NCBI GenBank assembly: GCA_040902925.1
Contig: JBBDWJ010000014.1
Span: 1 to 53,844 of the forward strand
DNA from: Bryobacterales bacterium
Lineage (GTDB): Bacteria > Acidobacteriota > Terriglobia > Bryobacterales > UBA6623
Reading direction: 5' to 3'
Length of the DNA: 53,844 bases
In this document: positions 46,637 through 53,844 of the stretch, in pieces
Layout: each line of letters begins with the position of its first letter
How positions within the stretch are numbered: position 1 is the first letter of the stretch
The notes under the pieces: generated by a model
Seen by the model: only the letters and a program-made list of their open reading frames with translations
The model's database searches: none
Told to the model about the DNA's origin: nothing
Position numbers and translations under genes: made by a program

Positions 46637-48472
46637 TTACCGGTAACTGGAGGCCTGCAGTTCGAACATTTCGTTGTACCTGCCGCCTAGAGCCATGAGC
46701 TGATTGTGGGGCCCTCGTTCCGCGATCTTGCCGTTCTCGAGCACCAGAATCTGATCCGCCATGCGGACGGTCGAGAAGCGGTGCGAGATCAACAGAGCCA
46801 TCTTGCCGTCTGTTAACTCTGAAAAACGCCGGAAGACGTCGTACTCGGATCGCGCGTCCAGAGCGGCCGTCGGCTCGTCCAGCACCAGTACCTGCGCATC
46901 GCGTAAATAGGCGCGGGCCAGCGCCACTTTTTGCCACTCGCCTCCCGACAAATCCACGCCGCCCTCGAAGCGGCGGCCCAGCAACTGCTCATAGCCCCTC
47001 GGCAACCGGTCGATCACCTCGGCCGCGCGGCTCTTGCGTGCCGCGAGTTCAATGCTCTGGCTGTCGGCCTCGATTTCGATTCGGCCTACGGCGATGTTCT
47101 CGGAGGCCGTCATTTCGTAGCGCATGAAGTCCTGGAAGATGACGCCGATCTGTTGGCAAAGATCCTCGATGTCGTATTCGCGCAGATCCACTCCGTCAAG
47201 AAGAACGCGGCCTGCCGTTGGATCATAAAGCCGGGTGAGTAGTTTCACGATTGTGGTCTTGCCCTGGCCGTTCTCGCCGATCAAGGCCATGCGCTCCCCG
47301 CGCTCCAGCCGGAAGTCGAGACCATCCAGAATCAATCGCGAATTTCCCGGGTAGGCAAACGACACATTTTCGAACTCAAAGCCCTGGCGGATCGGGCGTG
47401 GAGCGGGCAGTGCTCCTGGTTTGGATGCGATCCGGGGCTCGACGGCGAAAAAGTCCACCAGATCGGTCAGAAATAGCGCCTGGTCGGCAATGCTCGAGAG
47501 CAGCGAGAAAATCCCCTGGATGTTGCTGCTCGCGCCGGCTATCGAGCCGGCAAGCAAGGTCATGTCTCCGATGCTGATTTCTCCCTGGACCGTGCGGTAA
47601 ATGACCCAGGCGTAACAACCGTAGTAGCCCAGGATCGTCAGCATCGACAAAGCCGTGCTGGCCATCAAACGCCTTTTGGCCAGGGCGATGTTCTGGTCAA
47701 AAATGTCATCCGATAGCTGTTTGTACCGCCCGGTCAGATGCGCGCTCAGCCCAAACAGCTTCAGCTCTTTGGCGCTTTCCCTGCTGGCTCCCAACACCCG
47801 GAGATAGTCCAACTGGCGGCGCGCCGGCGTTTGCCGGAAGTTCAGCGAGTAACCCAGGAAGGCGAAATGGCTCTCGCCAAGGAAAGCCGGCAGTACGCAG
47901 GCGATCAGAATCAGCAGCAGCCATGGCGAATAGATCAGAATTGCCGCCGCCAGGCCTACCGTGGTTACGCCTTGCTGCAACAGGCGCCCGATGGCCTGAA
48001 TCATGCCCAGCCGATCCGTCGCCTGAACGCGCGCCCGCTCCAGCTTGTCGTAAAAAACCGGATCCTCGTAGGACGCCAGATCCAGGCGGGATGCATGCGC
48101 CATGATCTTGACGCTCAGGTGGCGGGTAAACTTGTCAGCCAGGACGCTGTCAACGTAGTCGACGCCACGCGCGAGCAAGGCCCCGCCGCCGGCCAGAGCG
48201 AACTCCAGGCCGACCCACCACCACAGTTGCTGGGGGACCGGCTGGCTGTTGGCGGCGACTGCGACGACAATATCGATGATCTGCTTTCCCACGGCCAGGG
48301 CGGCCACGGGTATCAGCGCCCCGACGCAGCGCAAGGCAAGGTTCGCAGTTACGGCTCCCCGGCCGGCTTCCCATAGGATTGCCAGCACCGGGGGCACATT
48401 GCGGAGCGCACGAAGACGGTTCCGCCAACCGCCCCAGAACGACTCCGGGCGAGCGATGGGCTCGTTCGACAT
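46637..48472 (-). CDS. ABC exporter, fused permease/ATPase; candidate cyclic glucan exporter
   Basis: N-terminal TM domain, GENGQGKT, LSGGEWQK, VLDEPT, SHR. Ends 15 bp upstream of the synthase. Confidence 0.9.
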   Translation of the reverse strand: MSNEPIARPESFWGGWRNRLRALRNVPPVLAILWEAGRGAVTANLALRCVGALIPVAALAVGKQIIDIVVAVAANSQPVPQQLWWWVGLEFALAGGGALLARGVDYVDSVLADKFTRHLSVKIMAHASRLDLASYEDPVFYDKLERARVQATDRLGMIQAIGRLLQQGVTTVGLAAAILIYSPWLLLILIACVLPAFLGESHFAFLGYSLNFRQTPARRQLDYLRVLGASRESAKELKLFGLSAHLTGRYKQLSDDIFDQNIALAKRRLMASTALSMLTILGYYGCYAWVIYRTVQGEISIGDMTLLAGSIAGASSNIQGIFSLLSSIADQALFLTDLVDFFAVEPRIASKPGALPAPRPIRQGFEFENVSFAYPGNSRLILDGLDFRLERGERMALIGENGQGKTTIVKLLTRLYDPTAGRVLLDGVDLREYDIEDLCQQIGVIFQDFMRYEMTASENIAVGRIEIEADSQSIELAARKSRAAEVIDRLPRGYEQLLGRRFEGGVDLSGGEWQKVALARAYLRDAQVLVLDEPTAALDARSEYDVFRRFSELTDGKMALLISHRFSTVRMADQILVLENGKIAERGPHNQLMALGGRYNEMFELQASSYR

Positions 48473-48549
48473 AATCTTAAAGAGACGAGAAACGTAGGCC
48501 GGCGTGGGCGTAACCGGTCAGCGACGTTCGAGCACCCGTGTGCAGATGA

Positions 48550-48720
48550 TTATAAGTCGGTTCGCTGCAGCAGAGCGAACGTCACGCCGCCAAAAAACAG
48601 GGGGGGCGCCATCACGAAAAGTGGAAACGCGACAACCGCCCATGCAGCCTGCAAGGCGGCCGGCGAAATCTCGGGGATCAGCAAACTAAGCGAAAGCAGC
48701 GACAGTAGCCATTTCAGCAT
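48550..48720 (-). CDS. Small hydrophobic protein (56 aa), putative
   Basis: MLKWLLSLLSLSLLIPEISPAALQAAWAVVAFPLFVMAPPLFFGGVTFALLQRTDL. GAGG about 10 nt upstream of ATG 48720; same strand as the ABC/cgs genes. Confidence 0.4.
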   Translation of the reverse strand: MLKWLLSLLSLSLLIPEISPAALQAAWAVVAFPLFVMAPPLFFGGVTFALLQRTDL

Positions 48721-49113
48721 TTTCAGATGACCTCGAGAGGATGAGTTTCCCCACCGGGGGTGCGCGAGAAGATATGCATTTAGTATGCCACGGCTAAACC
48801 ACTGATTGGTGGTGCTGTAATATAAATTATATAGCATTTTGAATCAACGAGATACAGACCGGCCACAGCGACTGAACGGTCTGTTTCGTCACGGCACCGT
48901 TACCGAGTTACCTGGTAAAGACTACCGCCCCGGCAGAAATTGGATGGCGCGGAGACGCCTCATCGTTCGCGGGAAGACAGCCCGTCAGACCACTGCACCA
49001 CGGTGCTTCTCTCCGAGTTATATCTAGAGCCCGGTAAGCGTTTCTCGAGCCTGGCACTCGCCTCGTTGTCAGCGAACGGCCTAGGGACACCGGTAGCGGT
49101 GGCCGCTCAGCCG

Positions 49114-50139
49114 TCACTCGAAGCGGAAGCCGGGCCTGAGCTTGCAGCGATACAGCTTGGTCTGATCGGGTGAGAATTCGACCGAGCAATTTGCCCACGA
49201 CAGAATCAGCTTCGGGCCCAGCGGAAAAACAATATCCAGGCCGTTCATCTCGGCTTCGATGCTTGGGCCCTGCGCCCCGGGCGGCAAGGTGAAATTCATG
49301 GACGCGCCGAAAATGACCGGATAGGAATGCCTCACCATGTCACTCACCATGCTGTCCGTTACTTCCGCCTCCACCAAGTAGCTCACGGTGTCGGACCAAT
49401 TGCGAACGCGCACGTTCAATGTGCGGCCGTTGTCGGATAGCTCGTCCTGCTCCACCTCGGAGAACGGACAGGGCCCGGCGATGCACGACACCCTGGCCCG
49501 CCCGAAAGTGTTGCCGTCTCCGGCGTCGAGCGTCACCGAAGCGACCGCCGCCTTCCACTTCCCATCAGGGGAACAGGGCGGCTTCTTGTCGCACGGAATG
49601 TTGCCCGTGTTCACGACGTCGAATGACTTCACGGCGCCGCCCACGTTGACGGTTGTCGTGTTCTTGACGCCGTACCGGACGCGTACGTTGCTGATCGTGT
49701 GTTTCGGTTCCTCTGGCTGCTTCTCGTCCGCGGGGTCCTTGGGCGTTATCCTGACGACATGGATTTTCTCTTCGGCGGGTTCGCTGAATTCAACGGGCTC
49801 GTAGTCAGGATGCCGGAAGCTAAGAGTAACGTCGTCGCCTGGGAACAGCGGCGGATCGAGGCGGAGCTGAAAGAAGCCTGAGCCATCGGAAGTGGTTTCC
49901 GCGGTCGCCGTGCCGGTGGTCGCCGTAACCACGGCGTAGGGCACGGGCAACTGTTCTCGCGCGTCGGCGCCCTCCCGGACGATGGTGCCGGTAACCACCG
50001 AGACGCGTTCGGTTCGCAGCAGCCTGGCGCCCGCCACGGCTGCAAGAATCGCCGCCGTCACGGCCGCCACTGCTACGATCTTCCGCCGGCTCCACGAACT
50101 TGGCGGCGCCAACGGGCTATGCTGTCCTGAGTCCGCCAT
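49114..50139 (-). CDS. Membrane-anchored protein with a carboxypeptidase-regulatory-like beta-sandwich and a Cys-containing C-terminal domain, function unknown
   Basis: N-terminal TM helix, A.V......A.TTSDGSGFF.L...FRHPDY pattern, Cys pairs CDKKPPC, CIAGPC, C...C. Start trimmed to 50139. Confidence 0.75.
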   Translation of the reverse strand: MADSGQHSPLAPPSSWSRRKIVAVAAVTAAILAAVAGARLLRTERVSVVTGTIVREGADAREQLPVPYAVVTATTGTATAETTSDGSGFFQLRLDPPLFPGDDVTLSFRHPDYEPVEFSEPAEEKIHVVRITPKDPADEKQPEEPKHTISNVRVRYGVKNTTTVNVGGAVKSFDVVNTGNIPCDKKPPCSPDGKWKAAVASVTLDAGDGNTFGRARVSCIAGPCPFSEVEQDELSDNGRTLNVRVRNWSDTVSYLVEAEVTDSMVSDMVRHSYPVIFGASMNFTLPPGAQGPSIEAEMNGLDIVFPLGPKLILSWANCSVEFSPDQTKLYRCKLRPGFRFE

Positions 50140-50201
50140 CTGGCACAATACTCCACAGTCGTCTATATCTATAGCTGTATCTGCTGATCGGTGCTCGAAC
50201 C

Positions 50202-51548
50202 ATGCACACTCCATTATCGCGCCGCAGGGCCCTAGCCTCGATGTTCGGGGCGGCGGCCGGCGTTTACTCGGCCCAGTCGGCGGAGCAAGGGTTGCCGTCG
50301 GCGTTCCCCGCCTCGGGTAAACTGGATGATTTCTACGACTCGCAACAGCCGCTGACCGCGGAGGACGACGCTTTTCTGGACGAGCTGGAGAGAGCGAATC
50401 TGCTCTACTTCCTCGAACAGGCCCATCCGCAGACCGGGCTCGTCAAAGACCGCCACAATGTACTCAAGCCCGACGACTACAAGGTCGCCAGCATCGCCGC
50501 TACCGGCTTTGGTTTGACGGCGCTCTGCATCGCTCATGAACGCAAGATTCTGAGTTTTGCCGACGCGACTGAGCGCGTCATCACTACCCTGCGTTTCCTG
50601 TCGGCGACCATGCCGAGCCACCGCGGCTTCTTCTACCACTGGGCCGACTACGGCACCGGCGAGCGCATCTGGGACGCCGAAGTCTCGTCGATCGACACCG
50701 CCATCCTGCTCTGTGGCGTTCTGACTTGCCGGCAGCATTTCCGGCATCGCGAAGTCCGCAGGCTGGCGACCGAGATCTTCGATCGCGTCGATTGGAAATG
50801 GCTCTCCGAGGATACCTCGTTGTTGCCTCACGGCTGGACGCCGGAGCTCGGCTTTCTACGCCACCGCTGGGACTTTTACAGCGAGCTGATGATGATGTAC
50901 CTTTTGGGACTGGGGTCGTCCACTCACCCGCTGCCGGTACAAGCCTGGAATGCCTGGAAGCGGACCACGTTCGAGTACGACGGTTTACGGTATGTCGGTT
51001 CGTACGCTCCTTTGTTTGTGCATCAATATTCCCAGGCCTGGTTTGATTTCCGGGGCAAACGGGACCGCTACGCGGACTACTTTCAGAACTCGATTATCGC
51101 CACCGAAGTGCACCGCCGTTTCTGTCTGGAGCTAGCGGACCAGTTCCCCTACTACAGCAACGATCTGTGGGGCATCACGGCCTCGGACTCGAAAAACGGG
51201 TACGTAGTGTGGGGCGGCCCGCCCGAGATGGGGCCCATCGATGGAACCGTTGTGCCGAGCGCTGCCGCAGGGTCGCTGCCCTTTCTGCCGCGAGAGACCC
51301 TGCGCGTTCTCAAGTACATCAAAGCACAATACGGCGACCATGCCTGGTGCCGCTACGGATTCATCAACGCCTTCAACCCGATGACAAGCTGGTTCGACAG
51401 CGATGTCATTGGCATCGACACGGGAATCACGATGCTGATGGCCGAGAACCTGCGCACCGGCCACGTCTGGAAGACGTTCATGAAGAACCCCGAGGTGCAG
51501 CGTGCTTTGAGTCGGGCCGGATTCGAGAGCACCGGGCGCTATCCCTGA
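50202..51548 (+). CDS. Tat-exported glucoamylase-like family protein (GH144 endo-beta-1,2-glucanase-like)
   Basis: SRRRAL leader, SIAATGFGL, GFFYHW, EVSSIDTA, YSE, PLFVHQYS, WGITASD, DGTV.P.AA.GS, YGF.NAFNP, IGIDTG...M.EN. Confidence 0.85.
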   Translation: MHTPLSRRRALASMFGAAAGVYSAQSAEQGLPSAFPASGKLDDFYDSQQPLTAEDDAFLDELERANLLYFLEQAHPQTGLVKDRHNVLKPDDYKVASIAATGFGLTALCIAHERKILSFADATERVITTLRFLSATMPSHRGFFYHWADYGTGERIWDAEVSSIDTAILLCGVLTCRQHFRHREVRRLATEIFDRVDWKWLSEDTSLLPHGWTPELGFLRHRWDFYSELMMMYLLGLGSSTHPLPVQAWNAWKRTTFEYDGLRYVGSYAPLFVHQYSQAWFDFRGKRDRYADYFQNSIIATEVHRRFCLELADQFPYYSNDLWGITASDSKNGYVVWGGPPEMGPIDGTVVPSAAAGSLPFLPRETLRVLKYIKAQYGDHAWCRYGFINAFNPMTSWFDSDVIGIDTGITMLMAENLRTGHVWKTFMKNPEVQRALSRAGFESTGRYP

Positions 51549-51592
51549 TACCCGTAAGGCCGCAGACGGCCAAAGCTCTCGGTTACCCGCAG

Positions 51593-53470
51593 CTACGGCA
51601 GCGCGAAGGCGACGAGCTTGCCGCTGAACGTCGAATCGTATTTGTTGCCGCCGCCCGCTGCGATCACCACGAACTGCTTGCCGGTTTTGGATCCCTGGTA
51701 GGTTACCGGCGTCGCCATGCCGCTGGCCGGTAGTCTTGTGACCCACAACTCGACTCCCGTGTCTTTGTCGAAGGCCCGGAACTTGCCGTCGTTTGTCGCG
51801 CCGATGAAAACCAGGCCTCCGGCTGTGGCGATGGGGCCTCCGAGGTTTGGCGCTCCCGTTGGCGGGACGCCCTTTTTGGTCAGCTCGTCGAACTCGCCCA
51901 AGGTGACGCGCCAGCGGAACGCGCCGCTGTTGAGATCGATGGCGGTCAAGGTTCCCCAGGGTGGTTTTTGACAGGGGTAGCGGTTGGAGTCCCAGAAGAA
52001 TTCGAACTTGGCGCTGCGCAGCGCGTACGCCAGCTCGGAATCTTCGGGGCGCTCGACAATGCGGAACAAGCCGCCGACATCCATCGAGTTGATGAACAGC
52101 ACGCCGCCGGCGGGATCGAACGCGGCGCCGCCCCAATTGGCTCCTCCGTTCAAGCCCGGGAACAGCACCGTGGGCTTGCCGGTGATCGGAGGAAACAATT
52201 CGGCGGGGAAGACCGCGTCTTCCGTCATCGCGAGACACTCCGCGCGCGACTCGGGCGTGACATCGGTGATTTCTTCGGCGCGCATCGACTGCCGCGCGAA
52301 GGGCGCAGGTCGCACCGGAAACGGCTGCGTCGGCCAGGATTGCTCGCCTGGCGTCGCTACCTTGGGCGCCGGGCGCTCCTCAACCTCGAACAACGGCTCG
52401 CCGGTGAGGCGATGTAGCACGAACACGAACCCCTGCTTGGTGACTTGCGCCACGGCAGGCACTTCTTTGCCTTGGCGTTGAACCGTCGCGAGAACCGGCT
52501 GCGCGGGCAGGTCGTAGTCCCACAGATCGTGATGGACCGTTTGGAAATGCCACTTGCGCTCGCCCGTTTTGCAATCCAGGGCGACGATGCTGTCGCTGAA
52601 CAGGTTGGCCCCTTTGCGGTCCCCGCCGTAAAAGTCGTTCGACGCCGAGGTCAGCGGCACGAAGACGAGGTTGTTTTCGACGTCGACGCTCATCGCCGAC
52701 CAGGCGTTGACCCCGCCGCGGCCTTTCCAGGATCCGCCTTCCCAGGTGTCGTGCCCGAATTCGCCCGGATGGGGCACGGTGTGAAAGCGCCACAGCGCTT
52801 TACCGGTTGCGGCATCGAAGCCGCGAATATCGCCGCTGGGGCCGCGCGGCCTGCCGTCGCTGACCCATCCGCCGACCACTACCGTGCCGCCGCACACGGC
52901 CACGGGCGAGGTCAGGCCGTATCTGCCGTCCGGGAAATCGGCGAGTATGTCCGTGGCCAGGTCAAGCACGCCGTTCTTCGCAAACGACGTATCGAGCGCT
53001 CCGGTCGCGGCGTTGATGGAAAACAGGCGGCCGTTTTGATCTCCCAGGAAGATACGTTTGCGATCGCCATCCTTCCAAAGCGTGACGCCGCGGTTGATGA
53101 AGAGATTCAGCCGCAGCGTGCGGTCAATTTTGGGATCGAAGTCCCACAGCTTCTTGCCCGTTTCGGGATCGAGCGCGAACAGGTGCGCGAACGGCGAGGT
53201 CACGTACATCACGCCGTCTACGACAATCGGCGTCGCCTCGAAGGCGGAGCGTGTCGGGTATTCCTTGCCGTTGCTGAGCTCTTCGGTGTCGAAGGTCCAG
53301 GCGACCTGGAGCCGCTTGACGTTTCTTTTGTTGATCTGGTCGAGCGTGGAGTATTTCAAGCCGCCCGCGTCGCCGCCATAGTGCGGCCACTCTTGCGACG
53401 GACTGGGCAGGGCGAGCCAAGTGAGAAGGCTGGCGGCCAGGGCGGCTTGTTGGAAGCGGGTTGAGGTCAT
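51593..53470 (-). CDS. Periplasmic PQQ-dependent dehydrogenase, glucose/quinate/shikimate family (no membrane anchor)
   Basis: Signal peptide, WPHYGGD.G..KYS.L.QI, FEATP, FQTVHHDLWDYD, GGANWGG, KPPWG.L.AID, TAGGLVFIGAT.DG. Start trimmed to ATG 53470. Confidence 0.92.
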   Translation of the reverse strand: MTSTRFQQAALAASLLTWLALPSPSQEWPHYGGDAGGLKYSTLDQINKRNVKRLQVAWTFDTEELSNGKEYPTRSAFEATPIVVDGVMYVTSPFAHLFALDPETGKKLWDFDPKIDRTLRLNLFINRGVTLWKDGDRKRIFLGDQNGRLFSINAATGALDTSFAKNGVLDLATDILADFPDGRYGLTSPVAVCGGTVVVGGWVSDGRPRGPSGDIRGFDAATGKALWRFHTVPHPGEFGHDTWEGGSWKGRGGVNAWSAMSVDVENNLVFVPLTSASNDFYGGDRKGANLFSDSIVALDCKTGERKWHFQTVHHDLWDYDLPAQPVLATVQRQGKEVPAVAQVTKQGFVFVLHRLTGEPLFEVEERPAPKVATPGEQSWPTQPFPVRPAPFARQSMRAEEITDVTPESRAECLAMTEDAVFPAELFPPITGKPTVLFPGLNGGANWGGAAFDPAGGVLFINSMDVGGLFRIVERPEDSELAYALRSAKFEFFWDSNRYPCQKPPWGTLTAIDLNSGAFRWRVTLGEFDELTKKGVPPTGAPNLGGPIATAGGLVFIGATNDGKFRAFDKDTGVELWVTRLPASGMATPVTYQGSKTGKQFVVIAAGGGNKYDSTFSGKLVAFALP

Positions 53471-53730
53471 GGCGTTTCTTCCGAAGCTGTGAGGGGTGTT
53501 TCGTCTTTTGTTCTCCTGTGGAAGGAGTGTTATCTGTTTTTTATTTCGGTAGATACGTAAGCTCGTCCCGCGATTGGGATTTGGGTTCGTTTGTACAGTT
53601 TTTATTTTGCTGGCCGACGCGGCGTGGACCGAACGGCGGCGCCATCCCACCGATAGTGTAGCTTGGGGCTCCAAATGCGTTTTCGGTCCTTCTGTCGCCC
53701 TTCCAGGGCTAGATACAGGGGGGCCGATAA

Positions 53731-53778
53731 CCCGCGGCTGAAGCCGTGGGCTGGCACAGGCAAGATTGGCTGTGCCAC
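53731..53778. repeat. REP-like double palindrome
   Basis: cccgcggc-tgaa-gccgtggg followed by tggcacag-gcaagattgg-ctgtgcca. Confidence 0.6.
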
Positions 53779-53793
53779 GAAAAGTGCCAAACT

Positions 53794-53844
53794 TGTGCTT
53801 ACGGGCGCATGGGTAACACTTTATACCGGGCGCCTGGGTAACAC
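53794..53844 (+). mobile_element. Probable terminus of an IS481-family insertion sequence, truncated by the window end
   Basis: Starts TGT; contains two 18-bp direct repeats cgggcgc[a/c]tgggtaacac (53802-53819, 53827-53844) with a 25-bp period. No transposase in the window. Confidence 0.55.

Overview
High-GC bacterial DNA; the gene content (two ~1,000-1,100 aa TonB-dependent receptors with N-terminal carboxypeptidase-regulatory-like domains, several PQQ-type beta-propellers, Tat-exported Gfo/Idh/MocA and DUF1080 proteins, an HTH-like/TolB-N/TPR regulator) resembles Acidobacteriota (Bryobacterales-like). That placement is an inference. Layout: (1) 1-800, non-coding, with two tRNA 3' fragments (Phe-GAA, Arg-TCT), 11-bp tandem repeats, IHF-like boxes and a ~243-bp element bounded by 50-bp inverted repeats, read as integration scars with no integrase in view. 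(2) 1.0-14.4 kb, a low-oxygen/stress-type cluster: acyl-CoA ligase-GNAT fusion, cytochrome c, YbaK, Hsp20, Zn-ADH, NfnAB/SudAB-like pair, P-type ATPase. (3) 14.6-26.7 kb, the most unusual locus: five divergently arranged, signal-peptide-bearing PIG-L/LmbE deacetylase-fold paralogs, two with metal ligands and three without, next to a TonB receptor-dihaem cytochrome c-quinoprotein operon and a CnbZ-like deaminase. (4) 26.8-42.1 kb, a second TonB locus with a divergent TPR regulator, a flavoprotein, Gfo/Idh/MocA, DUF1080, cupins and an EF-hand beta-propeller. (5) 42.1-53.5 kb, a cyclic beta-1,2-glucan locus (short Cgs/NdvB without GH94, ABC exporter, unknown Cys-containing protein, Tat-exported GH144-like glucanase) and a PQQ glucose-dehydrogenase-like gene. 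The window ends in a REP-like palindrome and a probable IS481-type terminus. All family calls come from motif recognition by eye; no searches were run.
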